64,000 nt of DNA from Patescibacteria group bacterium (GCA_038058635.1 JBBUAP010000001.1:94157-158156); one strand, 5' to 3'; positions 46,249 through 56,118 are shown, counted from the first letter of the stretch. The notes: a model not told the origin generated them from the sequence alone. Translations and numbers: made by a program.

Positions 46249-47720
46249 TCGGACAGCTGGTTCGGAGCACTGGTTTGTACAGCAAATCGCTGCTTTTCTT
46301 CGTCGTCCTGGGGGGGCTAGGTTTCGCTTTCTTCCAAACTTCACTCAATGCCGCCGATGTCCCGATTAATCCCACCAATCAAACCGACCTGGCTGGTTAC
46401 GATATCGCCCTAACCTTCACCAGCACCGGTGATCTTTACTCTCAAAATTCCAAGCTTCAGATCGAAAAAATTATCTCCGACAAACTCTACCGGATTCGTT
46501 ACCAGGTCATCAATCGGCCCGACCAGTTCATTGATTCGCTTTCCATCGCCGTGGCCTTGCCCAAACCTGTCAGCGAAGGCGGAATCGGCTACTTGTTCAG
46601 AAACAACGGCGGGGCGACGACGGCCAGCGCCCAGCTAATCGACCCCCAAACGGTCGTCTATCAAGCGACCGAGATTGGCCCCGAGACTCAACTGGTTCTA
46701 GAACTAGAAGTGCCAAAATCCTATCTGACCTCGACGGCGCTGACCTCGACTAAAGAATGGATCAACAACCTACCGCCGATTGTTTGGACCGGCATCTCCA
46801 TCGCCTTACCGTTCTTAACGGCCTTGATTTTGCTGATAACTTGGCTGGCTCGGAATCGTCGGGTTCCACTCGGACCAAACAAACAGCTGGACGAACAGCC
46901 CAGCCGTCTATCGCCGGCGATGCTTGGCATCTTGCTTAACGGCCGGCTTTCGAGCCGTGAGCTGGCGGCGACGCTCCTGGATTTGGCTCGACGAGGCCAC
47001 CTGGTTATTCGTCAAGTCGGTCGGGACGATTTTCGCTTTAGCCGCAAGACTTCGAGCGATCGGCTCGAAAAGTTCGAGGTTCAATTACTCGATCAGATTT
47101 TTGGTCCCTCGGGAGACAGAGCGACATCGGAAGAAATCTCTTTTGCCCTGGCTCAAGAGCTGTTTAGTAAGCGCGTCAGCGAGGCCTTTTTGGCCGCCTA
47201 CCAACGGGTAAACGACCTGGGCTTCTTTTATACCAATCCGCTTCGACTCCACACTCGTTATCAGATCACTGGCTTGACGCTGTTTGTCTTTGGTCTGATC
47301 GGCTTTTTCGCTAATGTTTTTCTCATTGACGGCGTCCGCTACACCCTTCTTTTTTGGCTGGGGATGATGGGCGCCGCCCTACTAATCACGCACTTTGCCC
47401 GGACTTTACCGAGTCGTACCATTTACGGCGATCGGGAGCTGGGTCGCTGGCTAGCTTTCCGTAATTACCTAACCAGTAGCGAGCCAATTAGCTACCAGGC
47501 CCAGAGTCAGGATAGGTTTTTGGCTTACCTGCCCTACGCGGTGGTGCTGGAATGCGAAGTCGAGTGGACGCGCCGATTCTATGATCTGCCATTTGCCCAA
47601 CCGCATTGGTATGTAGCGGACGGCGTTGACACGATCGACGAGTTTGCCAACAAACTCTTTCCACTTTTTGGTTATCTCTCACACGCGTTGGCGATCTCGA
47701 CGCAACCAGCAACTAGATAA
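46218..47720 (+). CDS. DUF2207-like membrane protein
   Basis: LSPAMLG, ATLLDLARRGHL, W.AFR.YL, LPYAVVL...W. Confidence 0.8.
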   Translation: MGSSMGVFNLIGQLVRSTGLYSKSLLFFVVLGGLGFAFFQTSLNAADVPINPTNQTDLAGYDIALTFTSTGDLYSQNSKLQIEKIISDKLYRIRYQVINRPDQFIDSLSIAVALPKPVSEGGIGYLFRNNGGATTASAQLIDPQTVVYQATEIGPETQLVLELEVPKSYLTSTALTSTKEWINNLPPIVWTGISIALPFLTALILLITWLARNRRVPLGPNKQLDEQPSRLSPAMLGILLNGRLSSRELAATLLDLARRGHLVIRQVGRDDFRFSRKTSSDRLEKFEVQLLDQIFGPSGDRATSEEISFALAQELFSKRVSEAFLAAYQRVNDLGFFYTNPLRLHTRYQITGLTLFVFGLIGFFANVFLIDGVRYTLLFWLGMMGAALLITHFARTLPSRTIYGDRELGRWLAFRNYLTSSEPISYQAQSQDRFLAYLPYAVVLECEVEWTRRFYDLPFAQPHWYVADGVDTIDEFANKLFPLFGYLSHALAISTQPATR

Positions 47721-47723
47721 AAC

Positions 47724-48278
47724 TTACTCAGGTCGGCTGACATATTCAGCGTCGGCGGGTGGAAAAATCACAAAGCTAACTCGGCCGAGAATATCGCTGT
47801 GAGTAACTGGTCCCCAGAGACGCGAGTCCGAAGAGCCGGGGCGGTTATCGCCAGCTAGAAAGTATTCGTCGTCTTTCAAGGTGACGGAAGAGATCTCATC
47901 GTAGGGAGCTTCGCCGTAACGAGGAAGATAGGGCTCGGTTAACGGTAGGCCGTTAATAAACAGGTGAGTATCTTTAACCTCGACAGTTTCGCCTGGTAAG
48001 CCGATGATCCGTTTGATCAGTTTGGTTTTAGCTGGGTCGGCCGGAAACTTAGCGGCGACGACATCACCGCGACGAATCATTTTTTCTCCAGAAAAACTAA
48101 TCTGGTCGACGATTACCACTTGGCCGTTGTGAAAATTGGGCTCCATGCTTTCGCCGTTCACCAGCAAAGGTTTGCCGACTAATATAATGAAGGTAATCGC
48201 CAGCACTACTATAACGAGGGCGAGCCTTGTTAGATCGAACAAAGTGGCCGAAAAACGCAGAAATCTAGAGCCATGCAT
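47724..48278 (-). CDS. lepB: signal peptidase I
   Basis: GESMEP, RGDVV, IKRIIGLPGE, GDNRPGSSDSR.WG. Confidence 0.96.
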   Translation of the reverse strand: MHGSRFLRFSATLFDLTRLALVIVVLAITFIILVGKPLLVNGESMEPNFHNGQVVIVDQISFSGEKMIRRGDVVAAKFPADPAKTKLIKRIIGLPGETVEVKDTHLFINGLPLTEPYLPRYGEAPYDEISSVTLKDDEYFLAGDNRPGSSDSRLWGPVTHSDILGRVSFVIFPPADAEYVSRPE

Positions 48279-48316
48279 GACTCTAGTCTACGAGTAGTCG
48301 CACGATTGCGCTACTA

Positions 48317-48676
48317 CTATTTGGCCTTGAGGGTCTTTTTCGCAGCCGTTTTGATCTTTGAAACTTTGGGTTTTGTTTGAGCTTTAACTTTTTTCTCGGT
48401 CTTGGCAACGGCGGTTTTAGTCGCTTCAGTGGTTTTTGGTGCGATTTTGGCGCCGGCTGGTAAGCCCTTCATAAGGGCAGATTTCATCCGAGCAGCTTTG
48501 TTCTGGTGGAAAAGATTCCACTTCACGCCCTTGTCGATCATCGACACGGCTTTAGAGGCAGTATCGGCGGTCACATTTTTGAGGGCGGCTTTAATGAGGG
48601 CCTTGCGATAACGGTTGATCGAGGTTTTGTGCTGGGCGACCCGCAGAGATTTTTTGGCAGACTTTGAGATTGGCAT
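48317..48676 (-). CDS. rpsT: 30S ribosomal protein bS20 with Lys/Thr/Ala-rich tail
   Basis: MPISKSAKK.LR, IDK......H.NKAAR.KS. Confidence 0.92.
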   Translation of the reverse strand: MPISKSAKKSLRVAQHKTSINRYRKALIKAALKNVTADTASKAVSMIDKGVKWNLFHQNKAARMKSALMKGLPAGAKIAPKTTEATKTAVAKTEKKVKAQTKPKVSKIKTAAKKTLKAK

Positions 48677-48792
48677 TGAGGAAATTGTACCGCATATTTC
48701 CTAGGGAGTAAATACAGCAAAGACTGACTTTACGCTAGACATCTCTCGGTAGTTAAAGTAAAATCTTATTAAATCTATTTGGAGGTGAGAGG

Positions 48793-49476
48793 TTGAAGGT
48801 ATTTTTGTTCCTTTACCCCTTCAGGGAGTTCTTCGTTCACTCGAATGGCTATCCAGACGATCCGGAGTTGGCCGACAAGGTAGTCGAATACTTCGGACAG
48901 GCGATCGATGCAAGGTATCGGCAACGCGGCTATCAAGTCTGTTGGCTGCTATTTCGCTCAGAAGGCGAGGGTCTCGATCTCGTCAATCTTGACCGACGGG
49001 TAAGCATTCAGCCAAGCGATCTACTGGTCGATGCCGGGATGACTTTTTCTGAGCACTGTCCGTGTAGATTGAGGGGTGTGTTGCCAGAAGACCAGTGGCC
49101 AAAACCAATCTACGCCGACCTACCCTTTGTCTCCTCGCAATTACCCGGCCCAATCGAAGAGCTGTGGGTAGGCGGATTCCAGATAAGTGATTGTGTCGAG
49201 AAGTTGGCTCGGTTCGCTTACTTCCGCCTAGGGCTGAAAGGTAGCGTCCATGTTGATGAGGATTTAACAGGGATGGGTGTTTGGCCGGCCAAGCTCCACC
49301 TATGTCCGAGGCTGATAAAAAGGTTGAAGATGACCCGGGATCCCTTCCCCTTGGTTCGGGAAAGCTGGACGTACGAAAGTACCGGCTGGAAAGATGACCC
49401 AAGATGGGAAACTGATCGGCTCTACGTCAGATTAAGACGAATCCGTAACTTACGACCATGGCTAATCCACAACTGA
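48793..49476 (+). CDS. hypothetical protein
   Basis: GGAGGTG SD before TTG; 227 aa; GGFQISDCV motif; terminator follows. Confidence 0.65.
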   Translation: MKVFLFLYPFREFFVHSNGYPDDPELADKVVEYFGQAIDARYRQRGYQVCWLLFRSEGEGLDLVNLDRRVSIQPSDLLVDAGMTFSEHCPCRLRGVLPEDQWPKPIYADLPFVSSQLPGPIEELWVGGFQISDCVEKLARFAYFRLGLKGSVHVDEDLTGMGVWPAKLHLCPRLIKRLKMTRDPFPLVRESWTYESTGWKDDPRWETDRLYVRLRRIRNLRPWLIHN

Positions 49477-49501
49477 GCGGCTTGCCCCCGCTCAGTTTTT
49501 T
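49471..49501 (+). terminator. intrinsic terminator
   Basis: CTGAGCGG...CCGCTCAG followed by T6. Confidence 0.75.
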
Positions 49502-49719
49502 ATTAAAGGTGAAAAACCACCGGCTTTAGTCGGTGTGTCCGTTATTGCAACTGCGTTGCGCTTTCTCGTGAGGTTAAGGGCTTAAGCCAAAGCCCAGGGC
49601 TTCTTAGGATTATCCTCTAATCCTCTCATTAGCCTGGCGGCCGTAGGCCGCAAACAAAAGCCGCCGGAGGCGACAAGAGATATTGAACCATATCATTTTT
49701 CCGGTATACTGACCGAAGC

Positions 49720-50886
49720 ATGGAACTAAGCCCTAAAGCCCAGGCAGTCGAACTAATTCGGCAGTCGCAAAATATCTTGATTCTGACTCATCAGGATCCG
49801 GACGGCGATGCTATTGGGTCAACTTTAGCCCTCCGACTGGCTCTCCAGCGACTAGGCAAGAGCGTCGACGCTCTGTTTGCTGGCCAAGTCCCGGCTTCAA
49901 TGTCGTTCCTGCCGGGCTACGACGAAATTAAAGACAAAACCATCACCCCGAGTAACGATCTGATTATTACCATCGATTCCCGCAACACCGGCGAAGATTT
50001 GAAGCTCGGCTACAAAAAAATAACTGACGAGCATCGGATCCAAATCGTCATCACACCGCCCAAAGGATCGTTGACGCCCGAAGATGTTAAAGTCGAACGC
50101 TCAATCCCTAAATACGACGCCGTCATCATGCTCGACTGCACCGGTTTTGATCGCCTCGGACCAATTTACACCGAATTTCCGGACCTCTTTTTGGAGACGC
50201 CAACAGTTTCGATTGATCACCATGTCACTAACTCCTACTCGGCCAAAGTTAACTGGGTTGATATGACTGCCACCTCGACCGCTGAAATGCTGGTGGCCTT
50301 AATCGAAGCGCTCGGTCGCGGCGAGAATCTGCTTGACGAAGAAGTTGCCACCTGTCTCTTAACCGGTTTAATCACAGATACTGGTAGTTTCCAAAATATG
50401 TCAACGACGCCAAAATCGCTGACCGTGGCCGCCCAACTTGTGGCTGCTGGCGCCAAGCACCAGGAAATTATCGAGCGCATCAGCACTAAATCGCTCTCAA
50501 CTTTGAAGCTTTGGGGGCGGGCGTTGGCCAAACTTCAAGAGAACAAAGATTTGCGCTATGTCTGGACGGAACTGACGAGCCAGGATTTCGCCGAAATCGG
50601 CGAATCTGAAGATGGCAGTCTGATTGACGAACTGTTGAAATCGGCCACCGATGTGGACTTTGTTTTATTACTGAAAGAAACCAACGACGGCCTTAAGGGT
50701 AGTATGCGCTCGGTCGCTCGAGATTACGATGTCGCTCGCATTGCGGCGGCTTTCGGTGGCGGTGGCCATAAAGCGGCGGCTGGCTTCCGTGTCGTGGGCG
50801 ACTTTAACACTATTAAGGACGAGATTGCCGTCAAAATTAACGAAACAATTCGCAATGTTCAGCTCGTCAATGCTGTCACCGATTGA
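49720..50886 (+). CDS. DHH/DHHA1 phosphoesterase (NrnA-like)
   Basis: THQDPDGDAIGS, IDHH, TDTGSF, GGGGHKAAAG. Confidence 0.93.
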   Translation: MELSPKAQAVELIRQSQNILILTHQDPDGDAIGSTLALRLALQRLGKSVDALFAGQVPASMSFLPGYDEIKDKTITPSNDLIITIDSRNTGEDLKLGYKKITDEHRIQIVITPPKGSLTPEDVKVERSIPKYDAVIMLDCTGFDRLGPIYTEFPDLFLETPTVSIDHHVTNSYSAKVNWVDMTATSTAEMLVALIEALGRGENLLDEEVATCLLTGLITDTGSFQNMSTTPKSLTVAAQLVAAGAKHQEIIERISTKSLSTLKLWGRALAKLQENKDLRYVWTELTSQDFAEIGESEDGSLIDELLKSATDVDFVLLLKETNDGLKGSMRSVARDYDVARIAAAFGGGGHKAAAGFRVVGDFNTIKDEIAVKINETIRNVQLVNAVTD

Positions 50887-50921
50887 ACCAGATACAAAAA
50901 AATGTTAGAATATTTGGACTA

Positions 50922-51188
50922 ATGGCAAAGATGACGAGCAAAGCTAAGGCGATCAAGAAGTTTCAAGCCCACGAAACTGACACCGGTTCATCCGAGGTTC
51001 AAGTGGCGGTTTTGAGTGATAAAATCAACACTCTGTCCGATCATTTACAGACTCACAAGAAGGATGTTGATTCCCGAATGGGGCTCTTAAAGATGATTAG
51101 CCAGCGCCGGAGCTTACTCGGATATTTAGAAAAGAAGAATCCCGAGCGCTACAAAAAGCTGATCGGGAGCTTAAGCTTGCGAAAGTAA
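50922..51188 (+). CDS. rpsO: 30S ribosomal protein uS15
   Basis: HETDTGSSEVQVA, H...HKKD..SR.GLL, RR.LL.YL. Confidence 0.97.
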   Translation: MAKMTSKAKAIKKFQAHETDTGSSEVQVAVLSDKINTLSDHLQTHKKDVDSRMGLLKMISQRRSLLGYLEKKNPERYKKLIGSLSLRK

Positions 51189-51219
51189 TTTGTACCTTTG
51201 AATCTCGCTTAGCGCGACA

Positions 51220-51445
51220 ATTGTTTGTTAGCGAAACGCTCAACCTCAGTAATGGGCTCGAGCAATATTGTTGCTAGCGGTGCCTGGAGTACCAGAAGCT
51301 TCACAACAAAATTACTCTCGCCCAAATAACGAGTATTCGCTGCCCATAAATTAACAATAAGTAGTGGAGGCCGACGATCGTCTGGCTAGTGGTGACTCCA
51401 AGCTTGCTTGGGTTCACCACTAGCTACCGCATGATCGCCACCTCC
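51220..51445 (+). promoter_or_regulatory. two long hairpins in the rpsO-pnp intergenic region (pnp leader)
   Basis: Rod 51220-51358; CTAGTGGTGA...TCACCACTAG stem 51366-51445. Confidence 0.55.
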
Positions 51446-51466
51446 TTAGAAAAAGGAGAATTGAAC

Positions 51467-53563
51467 ATGAAAGAATTGAAGAAAGCGACCGTGCCTTACG
51501 GAGAAACGGAGATAATTTTAGAACACGGCAAGTTGGCCAAACAGGCTGACGGCTCGGTGACTGTGCGTCAAGGCGACACGGTCCTTTTGGCGACCGCTTG
51601 CGTTGCCGATAAGCCAAAAGTCGGTAGCGATTTTTTCCCGCTGACGATTGATTACGAGGAACGGATGTACGCTGCTGGTAAAATATCCAGCTCCAAATTT
51701 ATGAAACGCGAAGGCCGCCCAAGTGAGTCCGCCGTTCTAACTGGCCGCCTGGTTGATCGTTCGATCCGACCGATGTTTCCCAAGGGTCTGCGTCGCGAAG
51801 TCCAGGTAATTGTGACGACGCTGTCGTATGACGGCGAGCACGACACCTCGGCCTTGGCTGTCATCGGCGCCTCGGCCGCCTTGATTCAAACTGATGCTCC
51901 GTTTGCCGGCCCAATCGCCGCCGTCCGAGTTGGTTTGGTTGACGGCAAGTTAATCCTTAACCCAACCACAACGCAAATGGCCGAAAGTGAACTCGATTTG
52001 CTGGCTTCCGGTAGCGAGCACAAGATTACGATGATTGAAGTAGCGGCCAACGAAATTCCCGAAGCGAAAATGGCCGAAGCCCTGGCTTTTGCCCAAAAAG
52101 GGATTGCCGCGGCGATCGAGCCCCAGCGGGCCTTCATCAATGCCGATAAAGAAAAAGTCGAGCATGTTGAGCCCGAGCATATCGGTAAAGTTAAAGATTT
52201 CTCTTGGGATCGCTTACAAACAATTGTCACCGAAACCGACCTGACCAAGCGCCACGACCTCTTGAAAACCCTCGAAGCCGATGCGATCGAGAAATTTGCC
52301 GAAGAGTTTGAGGCCGGGCAAGTGATCGAAGCCGTTGAACTGGCTTTTCATAAAGCGATTCGAACCTTAATACTCGAGAAGAAGCAGCGACCAGACGGCC
52401 GGAAGATGGACGAAGTCCGCTCGCTCGAGATCGAAGTCGGCGTTCTGCCCCGAGTCCACGGCACCGGTTTGTTTAATCGTGGCGAGACCCAAGCGTTAAC
52501 AATTGTGACGCTGGCTGGCCCGGGTCAAGAGCTTCATATCGACACGCTCGAAGATTTTGGCACCAAGCGATACCTTCATCACTACAACTTCCCGCCTTAC
52601 GCTACCGGCGAGATCAAGCGAATGGGCGGCATGAATCGCCGCGAAATTGGCCACGGCGCTTTGGCTGAAAAGGCCTTAGAGATGATGATTCCCGAGCGCT
52701 CAGTCTTCCCTTACACCATCCGCCTCGTTTCCGAGATTCTCGGTTCTAACGGCTCGAGTTCGATGGCCGCTACCTGCGGCTCGACTTTGGCGCTGATGGA
52801 CGCTGGCGTGCCGATTAAATCCCCGGTGGCTGGAATTGCTATGGGTATCGTGGTTGGTGACGATGATAACTTCGAAGTCTTGACCGACCTGCAAGGTCTG
52901 GAAGATTTCGCCGGCGAAATGGACTTCAAGATTGCGGGAACCGCCAAAGGCATTACCGCTATTCAGCTTGATGTCAAAAATCACGGCCTAACCGATAAAA
53001 TGATCGAAGCCACTTTTGCCGCCGCCCTGAAGGGTCGCGAAGAAATTATGGCGGGAATGCTCAAGGTTATTGCCGAGCCAAGAGCCGAACTATCCAAGTA
53101 CGCCCCACGCATTATCACAACCAAGATTGATCCTGAGAAAATCGGCGAACTGATCGGGCCTGGTGGCAAAGTCATTAACGGCATCATCGACGCTCAAGGC
53201 GGTCGAGAGATCTTGAATATTGATATCGACGACGACGGCACGGTCATGATTACCTCAAACGACGCCGCCAAAGCCGAAGCGGTCAAGGCGATTGTCGAAT
53301 CGATCGGCAAACCGGTTGTTATCGGCGAAGAGTTCACTGGCACGATTGTTAACATTCAAAAAGACCGCATGAGTGGCAAAGAGATCGGGGCGATTGTTCA
53401 ACTGACACCTAATAAAGACGGCATGATTCATGTCTCGGCGCTCGGTACCGGTGGCTTTGTCGAGAATGTCTCCGATGTCGTCAAAGTTGGCGACACCGTC
53501 AAAGTCAAAGTTAAAGACGTCGACCCAGACAAAGGCCGCATCTCACTGGTACGAATTGCCTAG
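51467..53563 (+). CDS. pnp: polyribonucleotide nucleotidyltransferase
   Basis: FFPLTIDYEER, RLVDRSIRP, RREIGHG, SNGSSSMA, MDFK.AGT, KH and S1 domains; AAGGAG SD. Confidence 0.98.
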   Translation: MKELKKATVPYGETEIILEHGKLAKQADGSVTVRQGDTVLLATACVADKPKVGSDFFPLTIDYEERMYAAGKISSSKFMKREGRPSESAVLTGRLVDRSIRPMFPKGLRREVQVIVTTLSYDGEHDTSALAVIGASAALIQTDAPFAGPIAAVRVGLVDGKLILNPTTTQMAESELDLLASGSEHKITMIEVAANEIPEAKMAEALAFAQKGIAAAIEPQRAFINADKEKVEHVEPEHIGKVKDFSWDRLQTIVTETDLTKRHDLLKTLEADAIEKFAEEFEAGQVIEAVELAFHKAIRTLILEKKQRPDGRKMDEVRSLEIEVGVLPRVHGTGLFNRGETQALTIVTLAGPGQELHIDTLEDFGTKRYLHHYNFPPYATGEIKRMGGMNRREIGHGALAEKALEMMIPERSVFPYTIRLVSEILGSNGSSSMAATCGSTLALMDAGVPIKSPVAGIAMGIVVGDDDNFEVLTDLQGLEDFAGEMDFKIAGTAKGITAIQLDVKNHGLTDKMIEATFAAALKGREEIMAGMLKVIAEPRAELSKYAPRIITTKIDPEKIGELIGPGGKVINGIIDAQGGREILNIDIDDDGTVMITSNDAAKAEAVKAIVESIGKPVVIGEEFTGTIVNIQKDRMSGKEIGAIVQLTPNKDGMIHVSALGTGGFVENVSDVVKVGDTVKVKVKDVDPDKGRISLVRIA

Positions 53564-53856
53564 TTGCTCCTGTCGGGTTGGCCCCAGTCGTGCGTCGATT
53601 GGTACCGACCGGCTAAATCTTCGGGCATTTCGGCGCCAATAAATTTGAAGCGGGGTTGTTTAGCGCCATCAGCCTCAACCTCTTCGAAAAACATCGCCAC
53701 TGGTCGGACGGTTATTCTCGGCCCCGCCTTGGGACCGAGCGGGATATAGCAAACAAATTTCTCCTCTGTTTCAGAGTGTCGGGCCACGCCCAACACTAGG
53801 ATCATTAGACCGGTGTAATGCCGGTAAACACCGGCATTGATGGTGTTACTAGTCAT
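53560..53856 (-). CDS. DUF1653-like protein
   Basis: G.YRHY.G, ARHSETEE..V.Y, VRP..MF.E.V, PRF. Confidence 0.8.
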   Translation of the reverse strand: MTSNTINAGVYRHYTGLMILVLGVARHSETEEKFVCYIPLGPKAGPRITVRPVAMFFEEVEADGAKQPRFKFIGAEMPEDLAGRYQSTHDWGQPDRSN

Positions 53857-55264
53857 CGGCCATCGGTTCCTCGGAGCTAGTCTCTAGCTTGGGGAAGACT
53901 TGTTCGGTCGTCTCGATCGGGGGGTAACCAATCGCCGATCGACTGTCTGTCTCCTCCAGCTTGACCCAGCTTGGTACCGGCCGACCTTGGTACAGGCCGA
54001 AAAGTTCGGCCAGGAATGTCGTAGCGTAGGCGCCCTTAGTCAAATCGAAGTGAAATATCAAACCAACTTCAGTCGGTGTGACTGAGTGGACATCGACATT
54101 GATACGGGTCGGAATTAGTCGTGGTCGGGGACGACCAAGAAAGTTGAGCTCCGGCTGATGCCAATGCAGTTGCTTTAGGCCTTCTTCGGGCAGCAGCCGA
54201 TCGTACCAATCGATTGACTCTGGACCAAGTAAGGGGATAGACGGATCGACTTTGTCGCTAGTCGCTTGTTGCGACAGGACTTTATTGAAACAGTAGCTGC
54301 CATAGGCGCTATAAGCCATTTTGGTTTGATCTGGCGTTGCTCGTAAGGCGGCCGCCATATCACGGGGATTATTATTGAGTGCGTCGAGTGCTTTCAGCTC
54401 GTGCTGAAAAAAGTAAGGAAACTGGCTGAACAGTTGATTAATTTTCTCCCAATCTCCCCAGATCGAGATTGCCTGATGCCGTAAGTCTTGGAGGGCTTTG
54501 GTTTCGTGTGGACTAACACCAGCGATGAACAGTCGTATGGCATCTTCGTACCGACCAAGCATGACCTGCTTGCCGATCTTGTGACCCAGGAGTCGACTAC
54601 CAAACCGCTGGAGGGAGAAGAAATTCAGGAACCCTTGTTCGCCGATTTCTTGAAGTCGGGTCTGGATTTGTTGCTGATCAACAGAATTTGTTCGCACTAA
54701 AATAGTAAAGCGATTGCCGATCAGTTCGCCGACATTTCGCATACCAATACGGTAATGACCATTCTTGAAGAAAACATTGGGCAGACTCAAGGTCGATAAC
54801 CGGTCGGCCGCAGTTCTATTGATCGAGACCCTTTGGGCGGTTATAGCCTTACTGTCTTTAAGACCGGCGTAAGTGATCTGGTTTAGGTCAAGCTCCAGCT
54901 CCTCAGCCAGTCGCTCAATCACCTCGAAGGTGGCGAAACCTTGCTTGACCATATCAACTTCCAGCCGCAGTTTTTTATTTGGGTCATCGGACATCGGTGT
55001 GTCGAGCTGATGATCGGATAGTGGTCCAGGGGCGATACTTACCAGTTCGCCCGTTTCCGTTATCTCCTCGACTATAAAGTCGCGATAACTATGCTTAATG
55101 TAGCCCTCGCCGAGTAGTCGAGGTTGGTAAAAGATACCAATTTTTTGTAAAAACGGGGCGGTAAATTGAGCCGGCTCTTCAGCTTCGGCTTGTGACGGGT
55201 CGGTCGCCGAAAGCTCTTTGAGTCGAGCGATATCGGCTAGGCGAAGTTCGTAATTAGTGGCCAT
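53849..55264 (-). CDS. truD: tRNA pseudouridine(13) synthase TruD
   Basis: DFIVEEI, YAGLKD.KAITAQ, GNRFTI, NFF..QRFG, F.L.KG.YAT. Confidence 0.9.
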   Translation of the reverse strand: MATNYELRLADIARLKELSATDPSQAEAEEPAQFTAPFLQKIGIFYQPRLLGEGYIKHSYRDFIVEEITETGELVSIAPGPLSDHQLDTPMSDDPNKKLRLEVDMVKQGFATFEVIERLAEELELDLNQITYAGLKDSKAITAQRVSINRTAADRLSTLSLPNVFFKNGHYRIGMRNVGELIGNRFTILVRTNSVDQQQIQTRLQEIGEQGFLNFFSLQRFGSRLLGHKIGKQVMLGRYEDAIRLFIAGVSPHETKALQDLRHQAISIWGDWEKINQLFSQFPYFFQHELKALDALNNNPRDMAAALRATPDQTKMAYSAYGSYCFNKVLSQQATSDKVDPSIPLLGPESIDWYDRLLPEEGLKQLHWHQPELNFLGRPRPRLIPTRINVDVHSVTPTEVGLIFHFDLTKGAYATTFLAELFGLYQGRPVPSWVKLEETDSRSAIGYPPIETTEQVFPKLETSSEEPMADD

Positions 55265-55310
55265 TACTTAAAGCGTTAACCATTTCCTGTAAGAATAACA
55301 TTTTGGATAA

Positions 55311-55346
55311 AAAGATGCCCCCGTCCACAGCGATGTGGCGGGGGCG
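55311..55346 (-). terminator. intrinsic terminator of ORF 55367-56029
   Basis: Minus strand GCCCCCG-CCAC...GTGG-A-CGGGGGC then ATCTTTT. Confidence 0.6.
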
Positions 55347-55366
55347 AAGGGGAGCGAGGCGGGGGC

Positions 55367-56029
55367 CTAGAACGTGAAGCCGAACTTCTCGACGTCGATC
55401 GTCGGGATACCGTCGATCTCGAAGAGCTCGAGGTCCGCCAGGGGCAGGCGGGCGGCAACTTTGGGGTTCCACTCCTGGATCACCAAGTTGAACCGCAGCC
55501 AACCCTGGTTTGGGTTTACCCAGAGGAAGAATCCGACCAAGTGATCGTCGGGTATCGAGGCCAACGACCGTCGGGCCCCGACGATCTCGACCGAGCCGTC
55601 TTGGCCTGTGAGACCATGACCGCGGAAGCGAAGCTCGATCTTCCGTTGCCGCTTTCCGTTGCCCTGGTCGGTTTCGATGTACTGGGCCGTTTCGAAACAT
55701 CCTAGGATCGACTTAAGAGCGCTGAACCGCATCGATCCTGCTAGCACGTTTACGCCGTTGTCCTGGATCGGCGTTCCGCCGATCGTGACCCGGTCGTACA
55801 TGGACTTCTTCAGTCCGAAGTCAGACTGATTCTCCGTCTGCTGCCGCCGATCGCGGAAGCGGGGCGCCGGAAGATCCAGTTCCACCTGAACCGCCGACGC
55901 CAAGCCGGGGAGGTTGCAGATAGTGAGGAGAGACAAGGGAATGACCTTGCTCTTGGCGAGGAACGTGGCAAAATCCTCGGGGCCGTAGGTTACCGCGTCT
56001 TGAGAACCGCTGTTTACAGAACTGCTCAT
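55367..56029 (-). CDS. hypothetical protein (GC-rich ORFan)
   Basis: AAGGAG SD before ATG 56029; own promoter and terminator. Confidence 0.7.
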   Translation of the reverse strand: MSSSVNSGSQDAVTYGPEDFATFLAKSKVIPLSLLTICNLPGLASAVQVELDLPAPRFRDRRQQTENQSDFGLKKSMYDRVTIGGTPIQDNGVNVLAGSMRFSALKSILGCFETAQYIETDQGNGKRQRKIELRFRGHGLTGQDGSVEIVGARRSLASIPDDHLVGFFLWVNPNQGWLRFNLVIQEWNPKVAARLPLADLELFEIDGIPTIDVEKFGFTF

Positions 56030-56059
56030 GTGAATCTCCTTGCTGGGGTCTGCCCAGCG

Positions 56060-56105
56060 TCCTTGTTGTTCGAGTGCTCTTTCGAGCAAGTCGTTAGACC
56101 ACCCG
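56060..56105 (-). ncRNA. structured 5'-leader motif, copy 2
   Basis: CGGGT-G-GTC taac GAC-TT-GCTC gaaa GAGC-ACTCG-AACAACAAGGA; aligns without gaps to copy 1 at 4996-5041. Confidence 0.75.
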
Positions 56106-56118
56106 AAAGGATATTGGA

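Noticed and set aside
49516-49535. IS200/IS605-like end hairpin CACCGGC-TTTA-GTCGGTG
   Set aside because: Single short hairpin with no tnpA/tnpB or partner end; cannot support a mobile element
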